DNA of 64,000 nucleotides from an uncultured cyanobacterium (GCA_963765575.1 CAVXWZ010000001.1:160001-224000), one strand, 5' to 3'. Counted from the stretch's first letter, positions 47,642-60,937 are shown. A program made the numbers and translations. The notes: generated by a model from the letters alone, not told the origin.

Positions 47642-49296
47642 GGCTCGCCCGCACCCCGCCAGCGCTGGCGCACCGCCGCGGCCGTGGCGGCCACCGCGCT
47701 CGCCGGGGTCACGGCGATGGCCCGTTCGCGCTCGGCGGCATTGAGGGGCTCATCCCAGCCGCGCTGCAGCCCCAGCACCGTGAGATCGGCATCGGAGGGG
47801 TCGCGGCCGCTGCCCTGGCGCCGCTCGATGCGCTGGCGCAGCAGCTCCCGGGGGGCGCTGAACTCCAGGATCAGCAGCGGCACCCCGGCCGCCGCGGCCA
47901 CCGCCGCCATGGCGGCGCGATCGCGGTGGCGCAGGAAGCAGGCATCGACGATCACCGTGAAGCCCGCCCCCAGCACCTCCCGGGCCAGGGCCGGCAGCCG
48001 CAGGCCGAACAGCTCCCGGCTGATCGCCGGGTCGTAGGGGTCGCCCTGGCGATCAGCAACGGCGGGGATGCCCCAGAGGCCGAACAGCCGTTTGCGTTCC
48101 ACGTCGGAGCGCAGGCGAATCGCCCCCAGGGCAGCGGCCAAGGGGCCGCTGTGGTGCGACTTGCCGCTGCCCGAGAGCCCATGGCAGATCAGCAGGGCCC
48201 GCGGCGCCGGCGCGATGCTGGCCTCCGCCAGGGCCAGGTAGGCCGCCACCGGGCCAGCGGCGCTGCCATCGCCGCTGAGGGCGGCCACCTTGGCGCGCAC
48301 CAGCGCCCTGTAGCTCACATACCAGGGCCACAGGGCCAGTCCGGCGTAGTCGCCGCTGCACTCCAGCCAATGGTTGAGCAGCCGCATGCCCAGGGCCGGA
48401 TGGCCGCGCTGCTGCAGGTCCATCACCAGGAAGGCCATGTCGCTGAGGACATCGATCCAGCGCAGTGCGGGGTTGAATTCGAGGCAGTCGAACACCTCGA
48501 TCCGGCCCCCGCGCAGCAGCATGTTGCCGAGGTGCAGATCGCCGTGGCACTCCCGCACCCGACCCTGCTCCAGCCGCTGACGGAGCAGCGGTTCGAGCCG
48601 CGCAAAGGCGGCGGTGTTCCAGGTGTGCAGTCGCTCCAGCCGCCGCTGCAGGGACGCGGCGGCCCGCTCCCGCAGGCAGTCGACGTTCGCCTCCACCGGC
48701 TGGCGCACCGCCGCCGCCGTGCCCCAGGGCCCGTGGGCCGGGGCGACGGCGGCGGCGGCGTGGAAGCGGGCCAGGGTTTGCGCCAGCGCCTCGATCTGCT
48801 CGGCGCCCAGCTCGGAGCGGTCGAGGGCGGCCGGCAGCAGGGCCCGCTGGGGAAACTGGCGCATGCACACCGCCACCTCCACCAGCTGTGCTTCGGCACC
48901 GCTGCCTGGCTCAAGGATCTGCGCGTCGCTGAGCTCCTCCGGCAGCGTCCGCAGCCGCAGCCCCTCGCCCGTGCCCACCACCGCCGCCAGGCCCAGATAG
49001 AGATCCTGCACCAGGCGCCGGTTGAGGCGCAGTTCCTCACGGCAGTCGCGCAGCCGCAGCTCCAGGGAGGAGAAATCGACAAACCCCAGATCCACGGGCT
49101 TGCGGATCTTGTAGGCGATCGGGCCCGTGAGCAGCACCCAGGAGATGTGGGTCTCCAACACCTCCACCGTGTCCACGGGGTGGTTGTAGGCCTGGGGACG
49201 CCGCAGGGCATCGATCAGCGCGCAGGCCTCGCTCAACCGCTCACCGCTGATCGCCTGGGGGAATCCAAGCAGATCTGCAACGATTCGGCGCTGCAC
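47638..49296 (-). CDS. Phosphotransferase-like domain fused to a P-loop (AAA_33/gluconokinase-like) kinase
   Basis: ETHISWV, AYKI.KPV.LGFVDF, CHGDLHLGN, FDCLEFN, GLSGSGKS, RSDVERK; start uncertain. Confidence 0.9.
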   Translation of the reverse strand: MQRRIVADLLGFPQAISGERLSEACALIDALRRPQAYNHPVDTVEVLETHISWVLLTGPIAYKIRKPVDLGFVDFSSLELRLRDCREELRLNRRLVQDLYLGLAAVVGTGEGLRLRTLPEELSDAQILEPGSGAEAQLVEVAVCMRQFPQRALLPAALDRSELGAEQIEALAQTLARFHAAAAVAPAHGPWGTAAAVRQPVEANVDCLRERAAASLQRRLERLHTWNTAAFARLEPLLRQRLEQGRVRECHGDLHLGNMLLRGGRIEVFDCLEFNPALRWIDVLSDMAFLVMDLQQRGHPALGMRLLNHWLECSGDYAGLALWPWYVSYRALVRAKVAALSGDGSAAGPVAAYLALAEASIAPAPRALLICHGLSGSGKSHHSGPLAAALGAIRLRSDVERKRLFGLWGIPAVADRQGDPYDPAISRELFGLRLPALAREVLGAGFTVIVDACFLRHRDRAAMAAVAAAAGVPLLILEFSAPRELLRQRIERRQGSGRDPSDADLTVLGLQRGWDEPLNAAERERAIAVTPASAVAATAAAVRQRWRGAGEP

Positions 49297-49340
49297 GGTG
49301 CCGACCTGGCTATGTAGAAGCAGTAATCCTTGCTACTGGC

Positions 49341-49895
49341 ATGGGGCGTGTCGTTCGCTGGGGGCTGGGCCTCCTGCTGGTTGGGGTGCTGTTGATCGCC
49401 GGCCTGGTGCTGCTGCCCATCGGCGAGTGGTTGCCGGGCGGCACCGTGGGCGATGTGCCCACCTCCCAGGTGGTCAATGGCACCGCCTTCAACCGCCTGT
49501 TTCCGCCGGCCGAGACCGGCGAGCAGCTGGTGTTCACCCAGGAGAAGCGGGGCTTCAGCCAGGCCCGGCTGAAGCAGGGCGACGCCACCCTGGCCCTGCT
49601 GGCCATCGCCGACACCGTCACCGCGCCGGAGGCCCGAGACAAGTTCAGCGCCAGCGCCGAGCGCATCCAGGGTTGGCCGCTGGTGGAGCAGGGACCCCAG
49701 GCCAGCGCCCTGCTGGTGGCCGAGCGCTTCCAGGTGAAGGTGATCGGCCAGGGGGCCGGGCTGGATGTGGGCCAGCGCCATGAGCTCCTGGGTGCCTTCG
49801 ATCTGCAGGGCCTGGCGGCCCTGCAGGCCCCGGCCCTGCCCCAGCGTCAGGCCCGCGCCGGCCGTGCCCTGCAGTCCGCCGCGGGGGCCGCATGA
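49341..49895 (+). CDS. Membrane-anchored hypothetical protein
   Basis: N-terminal TM, FNRLFP, TQEKRGFSQARL, RFQVKV; ATGA overlap with next gene. Confidence 0.8.
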   Translation: MGRVVRWGLGLLLVGVLLIAGLVLLPIGEWLPGGTVGDVPTSQVVNGTAFNRLFPPAETGEQLVFTQEKRGFSQARLKQGDATLALLAIADTVTAPEARDKFSASAERIQGWPLVEQGPQASALLVAERFQVKVIGQGAGLDVGQRHELLGAFDLQGLAALQAPALPQRQARAGRALQSAAGAA

Positions 49896-50779
49896 GCGCC
49901 ACCGTTCTGGAGCGACTGGAGCGCCTGCCCCGGCGCAACCTCACCGTGCTGGCCCTCAAGGGCATCGGCACCCTGGTGCCGGGGAACTGGCAGAACGTCA
50001 CCTCCGCCGACGCCCTGATCAGCGAGGTGATGGGCAGCGACGACCGCAATCTGATCGCCCAGGTGCGGGCCCGGGCCGATGTGCTCAGCCGTGCCCGCCA
50101 TGAGGGCTACGGGCGGGCGCTGAGCCTCTACGACGCCGTGGACCGCTCCCAGCGCGCCGGCGGCGGCCTGCGGCTGCTGGCCAATATCGGCGGGGGCCTG
50201 CCGCTGCTGCGGCGGGTGGCCGACCTGACGCCGTCCACCGACACCCTGCAGGCGGCGGATCTGGGCCTCAAGGTGACCGCCGAGCTGCTGGCCTTCACCC
50301 AGGTGAACGGCCTGCCGGGGGACAGCTTCACCGACTTCGCCGCCGCCCTGGCGGAGTACGGCAGTGAGGCCCGGGTGCGGATGGCGGCGCTGGTGTGCTT
50401 CGACGCCCTGCTGCCCCTGGGCGACCGGGGGCTGGAGCGGCTCGATGGGCTGCTTGGGCAGGTGGGCCAGGGCGACCTGCGCCAGCTGCCCGGCTACGCC
50501 GGCATGGCGGCGCTGATTCCGGGCCGGGGGGATGAGGCCCACCTCAACTTCATCCGCCGCGGGGTGGACACCTGGCTGGGCTGGGCCGGCGGCTTCGTGG
50601 GCGGCCTCGGGCTCACCGGCCAGAAGGCCGTGCAGGCCCTGGAGACCACCCTCGGCCCCTGGCAGGGGCGTTTCGAGCAGCTGGCCACCTTCCTCGACGT
50701 CTTCACCGACACCTACCGCCACACCGGCACCCAGGCCGTGGCGCGCCGGTTGGTGGAGCGGGCGGTGGCTGAGATCTGA
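49892..50779 (+). CDS. Conserved hypothetical protein
   Basis: VPGNWQN, NGLPGDS, RMAALVCFD, YRHTGTQAVARRLVERAVAEI. Confidence 0.85.
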   Translation: MSATVLERLERLPRRNLTVLALKGIGTLVPGNWQNVTSADALISEVMGSDDRNLIAQVRARADVLSRARHEGYGRALSLYDAVDRSQRAGGGLRLLANIGGGLPLLRRVADLTPSTDTLQAADLGLKVTAELLAFTQVNGLPGDSFTDFAAALAEYGSEARVRMAALVCFDALLPLGDRGLERLDGLLGQVGQGDLRQLPGYAGMAALIPGRGDEAHLNFIRRGVDTWLGWAGGFVGGLGLTGQKAVQALETTLGPWQGRFEQLATFLDVFTDTYRHTGTQAVARRLVERAVAEI

Positions 50780-50787
50780 GCCCGCCG

Positions 50788-52148
<1,361 letters not shown>

Positions 52149-52243
52149 TCACGCAATCCGAAACATGGACGTTTCCTGACAGCCCTGCCGCAGGGACGCT
52201 GCCGGCGCCTTGTCTGGGCTCGGTCACCCCCCTGTGCTGCACG

Positions 52244-52729
52244 ATGCCCATGCTCCGCCCTGCCGTCTCCGCCACCACCCTGGCGGCGGCGCTCTGCGCT
52301 CTGCTCACCCCCGGCCAGGTCTGGGCCGCCTCCTGCACGCCTCTGCAGGCCGTCGGTGGTGGCACCGCCGTGAGCAAGACCATCCAGCTCGATGGTCCGC
52401 TGGTCTTCCCCTTCGGCCGCACCAACTTCAACACCGATTTCGCGGTGACCGAGCGCCACGGGACGTATCGCATCCTGTTCGAGTCCACCTCCGACAAGCC
52501 CGGTCCCTATCCGATCGAGGCCTATCTCAAGTTCAGCGACGGCACCAACCTGCAGGTGGTGGACGAGACGCTCAACGCCACCCCTGGCCAGAAGAAAGAG
52601 TTCGGACCCTTCAGCCCACCGGCAGGGAAGCTGGTGACGCAAGTGAATGTGAAGGTGGGTTCCGGCCTCAACGCCAACGCCACCGGGTTCAGCTACACGA
52701 TCTCCGTGAAGGGTTGCGATGAGCCCTGA
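52244..52729 (+). CDS. Secreted beta-rich hypothetical protein
   Basis: Signal peptide VWA-ASC, TNFNTDF.V, AYLKFSDG, terminal Cys pair. Confidence 0.8.
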   Translation: MPMLRPAVSATTLAAALCALLTPGQVWAASCTPLQAVGGGTAVSKTIQLDGPLVFPFGRTNFNTDFAVTERHGTYRILFESTSDKPGPYPIEAYLKFSDGTNLQVVDETLNATPGQKKEFGPFSPPAGKLVTQVNVKVGSGLNANATGFSYTISVKGCDEP

Positions 52730-54403
52730 TCAGCCGCTGAGCTGGGCCTTGGCGTCGTAGAGCGTTTCGGCGTCGATGCTGGCCAGGCCGCGGTCCCGTG
52801 CGAAGGCCTCCGTATTGCGCCGCACCTTGCTGCGCACGAAGAAGGGAATCTTGTGCAGCTCGGCCTCGCCGTCCGCTGTCCAGCTCAGCTCCCCGGCCGC
52901 CCCGGCCACCCCCGCCTTCACGGTTGCGGTCTCCGGCGTCGTCGCTGTCAGGGTCTGCGCCGCAGTGGTCTGCGCCGCAGTGGTCGCTGCCGCAGTGGTC
53001 GCTGCCGGCCCGGGGGCGCCCTCACCCAGGTGGCTGCGGTGGCCCTCCACGAATTCGAAGTCGTGGCGGAACATGCCGATCAGGTGCTCCTCCAGCCCCA
53101 TCATCAGCGGGTGCACCCAGGTGTCGAAGATCACGTTCGCCCCCTCCCAGCCCATCTGGGGGCTGTAGCGGGCCGGCACGTCCTGCACGTGCAGCGGTGC
53201 ACTGATCACCGCGCAGGGGAGGCCCAGGCGCTTGGCGCTGTGGCGCTCCATCTGGGTGCCCAGCACCAGCTCCGGCGCTGCGGCCGCCATGGCCTCCTCC
53301 ACCGCCAGGTAGTCGTCGCTGATCAGGGCCTCGAGCCCCAGCTCCGCCGCCGCGGCGCGCACCTCGCGGGCCTGCTCGCGGCTGTAGGTGCCCAGGCCCA
53401 CCACCACAAAGCCCAGCTCGCGGCTGGCGATGCGGGCGGCGGCCACCGCATGGCTGGCATCGCCGAAGATGAACACCCGCTTGCCGGTGAGGTAGGTGGA
53501 GTCCACGGAACGCGAATACCAGGGCAGACGTGAGCGCTGCTCCGCCGCGCACTCCCCATTGGGGCCCGGCACCAGTTCGGCGGGCAGCTCCAGGGTCAGG
53601 ATCCCGTGCAGCTCGCGCAGGAAGGCGGCGGTGGCGCCGATGCCGATCGGCACCGTGGACACCACCGGCGTGCCGAAGCTGCGCTCCAGCCAACTGCACA
53701 CCGGCCCCGCCACCTCCGGCACCAGGCAGAGATTGGCGTCGGCTGCCGGCAGCCGCTGCAGATCGGCCGGCCGGGCCCCCAAAGGCGCCACCACGGCCAC
53801 ATCGATGCCGTGCTGGTCGAGCAGAGCGGTGATCTCGCGCACATCGTCGCGACCGCGGAAGCCGAGCAGGGAGGGCCCCAGCAGATTCACCCGCGGCCGG
53901 CGGCCCTCGGCGCGCCAACGGCCGGGATCGGGCTTCGGCGTGCCGGGCGGTGGCAGCTGCCCTTTGAGCAGCCCGCGCACCAGTTGGTAGAGGGTTTCGG
54001 CCGCCCCCCAATTTTCCTTTTTGGAGTAGGCGGGCAGATCGAGGCTCACCACCGGCACGCCGCCCAGGTCCATGCCGTTGGCCAGGGCGCCGGGCTGGTC
54101 CTGGATCAGCTCGGCGGTGCAGCTCTCGCCCACCAGCAGGGCTTCGGGAGCGAAGCGCTCCACCGCCTCGGCGATCGTGCGCTTCACCAGCTCGGCGGTG
54201 TCACCGCCCAGGTCGCGGGCCTGGAAGGTGGTGTAGGTGACGGGCGGCCGGCGGTCGCGCCGCTCGATCATCGTGAACAGCAGGTCGGCGTAGGTGTCGC
54301 CCTGGGGGGCATGCAGCACGTAGTGCACCCCTTCCATGGAGGCGGCGATGCGCAGGGCGCCCACATGGGGCGGGCCTTCGTAGGTCCAGAGGGTGAGATC
54401 CAT
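52730..54403 (-). CDS. chlB: Light-independent protochlorophyllide reductase subunit B
   Basis: [36 protein letters not shown]-terminal KIPFFVR PCP_red domain. Confidence 0.98.
   Translation of the reverse strand: MDLTLWTYEGPPHVGALRIAASMEGVHYVLHAPQGDTYADLLFTMIERRDRRPPVTYTTFQARDLGGDTAELVKRTIAEAVERFAPEALLVGESCTAELIQDQPGALANGMDLGGVPVVSLDLPAYSKKENWGAAETLYQLVRGLLKGQLPPPGTPKPDPGRWRAEGRRPRVNLLGPSLLGFRGRDDVREITALLDQHGIDVAVVAPLGARPADLQRLPAADANLCLVPEVAGPVCSWLERSFGTPVVSTVPIGIGATAAFLRELHGILTLELPAELVPGPNGECAAEQRSRLPWYSRSVDSTYLTGKRVFIFGDASHAVAAARIASRELGFVVVGLGTYSREQAREVRAAAAELGLEALISDDYLAVEEAMAAAAPELVLGTQMERHSAKRLGLPCAVISAPLHVQDVPARYSPQMGWEGANVIFDTWVHPLMMGLEEHLIGMFRHDFEFVEGHRSHLGEGAPGPAATTAAATTAAQTTAAQTLTATTPETATVKAGVAGAAGELSWTADGEAELHKIPFFVRSKVRRNTEAFARDRGLASIDAETLYDAKAQLSG
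52952..53007. repeat. 15-bp tandem repeat in the chlB linker
   Basis: GGTCTGCGCCGCAGT x2, GGTCGCTGCCGCAGT plus a partial copy; encodes (A/Q)TTAA. Confidence 0.85.
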
Positions 54404-54444
54404 CGGGGCTGGAGAGGGGGCGGTGAGGAGGTGGCCGGGGTGAA

Positions 54445-55830
<1,386 letters not shown>

Positions 55831-57885
55831 TCAGGCACGGTCGGGGTCGTCCAGCCGCAGGTCGAGCGAGCACAGCCCCGGCTCCAGCGACCGCCAGGCT
55901 GGCCCCAGCGGCGTCTGGATCGGGGTGGGCGTCTGGGGCTGCCAGCGGGCGTCGGCGCTGTGGAACCGCCACTGGGCCAGCGGCAACCAGCCCGCCGCCG
56001 CCGCCGCCGGCTCAGGGCCGAGCAGCTGCAGCACCAGGGGCAGATGGGGCTCCAGGCCCGGATGCAGGCACGGGTAGAGCCGGTGGTGCCGGTAGCGCAC
56101 CGCCAGGGGGCCAGCGGCGAGGGGCAGGGGGCGGCCGTTGAGCAGCAGCCGGCAGCGCCCGCGCAGGGCCGCGCTGCTGCGCACCTCCAGGCGCTGCAGT
56201 GAGGCATCCACGAAGCGGCTGGTGAAGCCCCCCTCCCGCGGCGTGTCGCAGATCAGGGGCCAGGGTTCCAGGGCCGGCAGCAGGCTCAGCTGCTCCTGGG
56301 GATCCTCCCCCTGCCACTCCAGCAGGGGCGGAAAGCGCCAGCGCCAGATCGCCTGGAACGGTTGGGCCGCAAGCGGCAGCCCGGCGGCGCTGAGATCGGC
56401 CAGCACCAGCTCCAGGTCGTCCCAGAGGGGGCCGGGCAGCAGCAGGCGGTCGTGCAGCTCCGCCCCCCAGGGACGCAGCTGCGCCGGCCGTCGCTCGGGA
56501 TCGAGCAGCATCGCCGCCAGCGATGACCAGAGCAGGGCGATGGCCGCGGTCCACTGGGGATCGGGCAGGGTTTCCAGCGCCCGGAACTCGATCAGCCCCA
56601 GACAGCCGGCCGGGATGCCCGGATTCCAGAACTTGTCGAGGCTGATCTCGCAGCGGTGGTTGTTGCCGGCGCGATCGGCGTGCAGGTGGCGCAAGGTCTC
56701 GCCGATCAACTGGCGCTGATCGCCAGCCCCGAGCCGCTCCAGGAAGCGGTAGGCGAGCTCCAGGTCGAAGAGGCTGCCGAGGGCCTCATCGGGCCGCGGC
56801 GCCTGGGAGGCCGGCCCCACGCCGGCGCCGCAGAACAGGTAACTGAGGCTGGGATGGTGCTGGAAGTAGCGCAGCACCCCCACCAGCCAGGCCGGCCGGC
56901 TGAAGAAGGGGTGGCGCTCCAGGCTGGGACCGCCCCAGAGCAGGTGGTTGCCGCCGCCGGTGCCCTGCTGGGCACCATCGGCGCCGGCCTTCCAGCTGCG
57001 CAGCCCCACCTCCGCCGCCGCCCCATCCAGCAGCCCGATCCAGTGCTGGTATTCGCTCCAGCCGGCGCAGACCGGCAGGTTGATCTCCAGCACCCCCGGA
57101 TCGGCGACCAGCCCCAGCACCTGCCAACCTTCGGCGGCATCCACCGGCAACAGCCCGCTGAATTCCGGCGCCGCCAGATCGCGGCCCCGGGCCTGGTCGC
57201 TGATGGCTTGCAGCACCAGCTCGGTGGGCCGGCGCTCCAGGGGCGGCAGGAAGATCCCCCAGCCGCTGGCGTCGATTTCCAGCGCCAGCAGCTGGCAGGG
57301 GACGCCGGCGGGGAAGTGCTCCAGGGGCAGGCGCAGCCCGGCGGGACCCGGGGCCAGCGTCAGCTGGCGCTCCTCGGCAGCCAGGGCCCAGGGGCTGCTG
57401 CTCCACTGCTCCCCATCCCAGGTGAGCGGTACGGCCCACACCAGCCGTTGCGGATCGAGGGGGTCCTGCAGGCGGGTGGCGTGCAGGGGCACCCCCAGGG
57501 TTTGCCCAAGCCCCTGCAGCCAGGCGTCGGCCGCGGCTGCCGCCAGGGGCTGCCCCTGGCCGGGGGGCAGGGGCCAGGGGGCGATCGGCTGGCCGCCCTC
57601 ACCGGTGACCAGGCGCAGGGCCCAGCGGGGGTTGACCTCCCCCTCATAGCGCTTGCCGCTGCAGTAGATCAGCGTGCTGCCGGGCCAGGTGCGTCGCTGG
57701 ATCGCCGCGGCCATGGCGCGGGCGATGGGCAGCTTGGTGGGGCCATCGGCGGCCACGCTCCACTCCGCACCCTGCGGCTCAATCGGCACATAGGTGGGTT
57801 CACCCCCCAGGGTGAGTTCGATGCCCTCCTGCCGAAGCCGCGACTCAGCCCTGGCGGCGGCCGCCTCCATGGAGTTTTGCTTCAT
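55831..57885 (-). CDS. DUF2126 putative amidoligase, without the N-terminal transglutaminase domain
   Basis: LTLGGEPT, DPGVLEINL, GTGGGNH, HPSLSYLF, GPASQAPR.DE, LGLIEFRA. Confidence 0.85.
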   Translation of the reverse strand: MKQNSMEAAAARAESRLRQEGIELTLGGEPTYVPIEPQGAEWSVAADGPTKLPIARAMAAAIQRRTWPGSTLIYCSGKRYEGEVNPRWALRLVTGEGGQPIAPWPLPPGQGQPLAAAAADAWLQGLGQTLGVPLHATRLQDPLDPQRLVWAVPLTWDGEQWSSSPWALAAEERQLTLAPGPAGLRLPLEHFPAGVPCQLLALEIDASGWGIFLPPLERRPTELVLQAISDQARGRDLAAPEFSGLLPVDAAEGWQVLGLVADPGVLEINLPVCAGWSEYQHWIGLLDGAAAEVGLRSWKAGADGAQQGTGGGNHLLWGGPSLERHPFFSRPAWLVGVLRYFQHHPSLSYLFCGAGVGPASQAPRPDEALGSLFDLELAYRFLERLGAGDQRQLIGETLRHLHADRAGNNHRCEISLDKFWNPGIPAGCLGLIEFRALETLPDPQWTAAIALLWSSLAAMLLDPERRPAQLRPWGAELHDRLLLPGPLWDDLELVLADLSAAGLPLAAQPFQAIWRWRFPPLLEWQGEDPQEQLSLLPALEPWPLICDTPREGGFTSRFVDASLQRLEVRSSAALRGRCRLLLNGRPLPLAAGPLAVRYRHHRLYPCLHPGLEPHLPLVLQLLGPEPAAAAAGWLPLAQWRFHSADARWQPQTPTPIQTPLGPAWRSLEPGLCSLDLRLDDPDRA

Positions 57886-58006
57886 CCGGGCTGGCTGACC
57901 CCTTGGTGTGGGCCTTCGCGTGCGGACCCATGCTGCCTGTCAATGGTTGGTTTAATACCGCAACGGTCCGGAGCATCGGATCTCGATCGCCTGGCCCCCT
58001 CGCTGG

Positions 58007-59125
58007 ATGCTGCCCCCAACCTGGCGCCGGCGCCGTCCCCCCTCCACCCGTGTGACCCGTCCCTGGCGGGCTCCCCTGGCCCTGGCCGTGGTGGTCAACC
58101 TGGCGGCGCTGGGCTATCGCCTCACCGAGGGCTGGGACTGGGGGGATTGCTACTGGATGGTGGCGATCACCTTGAGCACCATCGGTTACGGCGAGGTGTA
58201 TCCGCTCTCGACCGCCGGCCGGTTGGTCACCGCCCTGCTGATTCTGGGGGGCCTGGTGGTGGTTCAGATCAGCATTCAGGGGGTGCTGGGTCTGAGCGAA
58301 TCGGGCTATTTCAGGCGCCTGCGGGAGCGCCGTTTCCTTCGCTGGTTGAACACCATGCAAGACCACGTGATTCTCTGCGGCTATGGCCGCATCGGCCGGG
58401 AGATCGCCCAGCAGGTGGCCCGCGAGGGGGTGGAACTGCTGGTGGTGGAGACCGATCCCCAGCAGCGCGAGGCCGCCGAACAGGAGGGACTGCCCGTGCT
58501 CTCGGCCGATGCCACCCTCGATGAAACCCTGGTGGAGGCGGGCATCCACCGCTGTCGCTCGCTGGTGGTGGCGCTGTCGAGCAACGCCGCCAATCTGTAT
58601 GTGGTGCTCAGCGCCCGGGGCCTGGCTCCGCGCTGCCGGCTGGTGGCCCGTTCCGACAGTGACGAGGCGGAGCGGAAGCTGCGGCTGGCGGGGGCCGATG
58701 AGGTGGTGAGCCCGTATGTCAGCGGTGGCCGCATGATGGCGGCCACGGCCCTGCGGCCCCTGGCCGTCACCTTCATGGACCTGCTCTCGGGCAGTGACTG
58801 TGAGGTGGAGGAATTCCGCCTCAGCCCCGATCCTGCCGACCTGGGCCGGCTCATGGGCATGACCCTGGGGGATCTGGAGCTGGGTCGCCGCACCGGTGCC
58901 CTGGTACTGGCGGTACGCCAGCCCCAGCGCGAGGCGGAGGCTGGCCGCCAGTACCGGGGTACCACCTACCGGTTGCCGGATCAGGATCTGGTGGCCAACC
59001 CCGGCCGCGAGCAGACGCTCGAACCGGGGCAGCTGCTGGTGGTGATGGGCAGCAAAGCGCAGCTGGAGCTGGTCAGCGACCTGCTGGGGCCGGCGCTCAA
59101 GAGCGTCGACCACATGTCGAATTAG
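58007..59125 (+). CDS. Potassium channel with TrkA-N/TrkA-C (RCK) domains
   Basis: ITLSTIGYGEV, LCGYGRIG, AGADEVVSP. Confidence 0.93.
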   Translation: MLPPTWRRRRPPSTRVTRPWRAPLALAVVVNLAALGYRLTEGWDWGDCYWMVAITLSTIGYGEVYPLSTAGRLVTALLILGGLVVVQISIQGVLGLSESGYFRRLRERRFLRWLNTMQDHVILCGYGRIGREIAQQVAREGVELLVVETDPQQREAAEQEGLPVLSADATLDETLVEAGIHRCRSLVVALSSNAANLYVVLSARGLAPRCRLVARSDSDEAERKLRLAGADEVVSPYVSGGRMMAATALRPLAVTFMDLLSGSDCEVEEFRLSPDPADLGRLMGMTLGDLELGRRTGALVLAVRQPQREAEAGRQYRGTTYRLPDQDLVANPGREQTLEPGQLLVVMGSKAQLELVSDLLGPALKSVDHMSN

Positions 59126-59154
59126 GGCCTCCCGTCAGGGCCGGCGGCCGCAGC

Positions 59155-59706
59155 TCAGGAGTCGGCTTCCTCGAGGATCTGGCGCTTGAGTTCGATCTGG
59201 TAGCCGTCGGTCATGGCGTCGAGGGCCTCCGCCTCCTGGTCGTCCACCTGCAGCGCCTCGGCCAGCACCAGGTCGGGCACCTGGGTGGCGCCCACGGCGG
59301 TGAGCGCCATGCCCAGCGAGGCGCTGTCGCGGTGCCAGATCGAGGCGGCCTCGGCCAGTTTCGTGAGCGTGTCATCGCCCACCCCCTCTCCACTGCGCTG
59401 GGCGATGGCCGCCGCCAGCCGCCGGTCGTCGAAGACGGCTGCGGCCGCCAGGTGGGCGGCATGCAGGGCGCCCAGGCTGTAGAGCGCTTCGGAGCGCAGG
59501 GTCACCAGGCTCTTGCCCAGGGCCCGCTCGCGCACCTCCTGCCACGGCACCGACGGGGTGGCCTCATTGCCGGCGGCCGGTCCGCCATCGAGTTCCCCCA
59601 GGGCCGGCAGCTTGCGGCTGCCCACCGCGAGCTCGCCCCTGGCCTGGGGGTCGAGCCGATCCCCCACCCGCCGCAGCCAGCGCCCGATGCCCCTGCGTAG
59701 TGCCAT
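59155..59706 (-). CDS. Hypothetical helical protein
   Basis: Natural-looking ORF just downstream of HD-GYP; start uncertain. Confidence 0.7.
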   Translation of the reverse strand: MALRRGIGRWLRRVGDRLDPQARGELAVGSRKLPALGELDGGPAAGNEATPSVPWQEVRERALGKSLVTLRSEALYSLGALHAAHLAAAAVFDDRRLAAAIAQRSGEGVGDDTLTKLAEAASIWHRDSASLGMALTAVGATQVPDLVLAEALQVDDQEAEALDAMTDGYQIELKRQILEEADS

Positions 59707-59743
59707 CTCTGCCGCGTTGCTACTGCCCCCACTGTGGCCCCGA

Positions 59744-60868
59744 TCAGGCCTCGCTGTCGCTGAAGCGAGCGCGGATGGCCGCCACCTCGCTGCGCCGCCG
59801 TCCGAGGGCCGCCACGCAAGCGCCGTCCAGCTTGCCGAGGGCCACCAGACGCTCCAGCTCACCGAGGGCGGCCTCCAGGCTCCAGGGCCGCTTGTAGGGC
59901 CGCTGGCTGGTGAGGGCGTCGAGCACGTCGGCCACGGCGATGATGCGCGCCTCCAGGCTGATCTCGCTGTTCTTCAGTCCGCGGGGATAGCCCGAGCCGT
60001 CGAGGCATTCGTGGTGGTCGGCCACCACATTGCGCATCATCGCCGCCTCCTGCCGCTGCTCCAGATCGAAGTCGCCGATCAGCTTCTCCAGCACCTCCAC
60101 ACCCATGCGCACGTGGCTCTCCATCTGCCGGCGCTCCTCGTCGTCCAGCTGGCCGGGCTTGAGCAGCACGTCGTCGGGGATGCCGATCTTGCCGATGTCG
60201 TGGAGCGGCGCGAAGAGCTGGAGGTGTTCCACGAAGTCATCGCTGAGGCCGTGGCTGGTCTGCAGCTCCTCGCCGATCAGGCGCGCGTAGTGGGCCATGC
60301 GTTCAAGGTGACCGCCGGTCTCGAAGTCGCGCAGGTTGGCGAACTCCCGGGCCACCTGGGCCGAGGAGACGATCGAGCGCACCAGGTTGCGCTCCTGGCT
60401 GAGGGTGAGGTTGATCAGCGTGGCGAACAGCTGCAGGCTGCTCTGCACCGTGGCCGTGAAGGCCGCCGGCGCCATGGAGTCGAAGAACAGGAAACCGATC
60501 AGGCCGCCCCCGTGCAGCAGCGGCACGGTGAAGGAGGAGCGGTAGCCCTGCTCCAGCAGCCAGCGGGAATGGGGGCTGTCGCCCGTGACCGCGTCCGGGA
60601 TGTCATCAATCACCCGGCTGTCGCCGCTGTGGGCCAGGCGGCTCAGCGAGGGGCTCTCGGCCAGGGGCCAGGCGTAGGCCGTGATCGGCGTGCCGCAGCG
60701 GCTGCTGTTCACGAAGGTGTGCAGCAGGTCGTCGCGCTGGTCGTAGAGGGCGCAGGCGATCCGGTCCACCGCCGGCACCACCGCCAGCAACTGGCCATGG
60801 AGCTCCCGCAGCCGGGCCGCGAGGCTGCCGGTGCTGGCGTCAGTGTGGTGTGGTTGAAGCGGGACCAT
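59744..60868 (-). CDS. GAF + HD-GYP phosphodiesterase
   Basis: GAF region, ETGGH, LHDIGKIG, HHECLDGSGYP, VADVLDALTS.RPYK. Confidence 0.92.
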   Translation of the reverse strand: MVPLQPHHTDASTGSLAARLRELHGQLLAVVPAVDRIACALYDQRDDLLHTFVNSSRCGTPITAYAWPLAESPSLSRLAHSGDSRVIDDIPDAVTGDSPHSRWLLEQGYRSSFTVPLLHGGGLIGFLFFDSMAPAAFTATVQSSLQLFATLINLTLSQERNLVRSIVSSAQVAREFANLRDFETGGHLERMAHYARLIGEELQTSHGLSDDFVEHLQLFAPLHDIGKIGIPDDVLLKPGQLDDEERRQMESHVRMGVEVLEKLIGDFDLEQRQEAAMMRNVVADHHECLDGSGYPRGLKNSEISLEARIIAVADVLDALTSQRPYKRPWSLEAALGELERLVALGKLDGACVAALGRRRSEVAAIRARFSDSEA

Positions 60869-60937
60869 TCCCTTGGCTGGTGGCCGCAGACCCCTCCATG
60901 ATCGGATCCCGCCGGTCGCCCCGCTCGGATCTCGCCG

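Noticed and set aside
46209..47654. 481-aa channel-SDR fusion ORF
   Set aside because: Artefact: only its central part is the SDR N-terminus, the rest is off-frame
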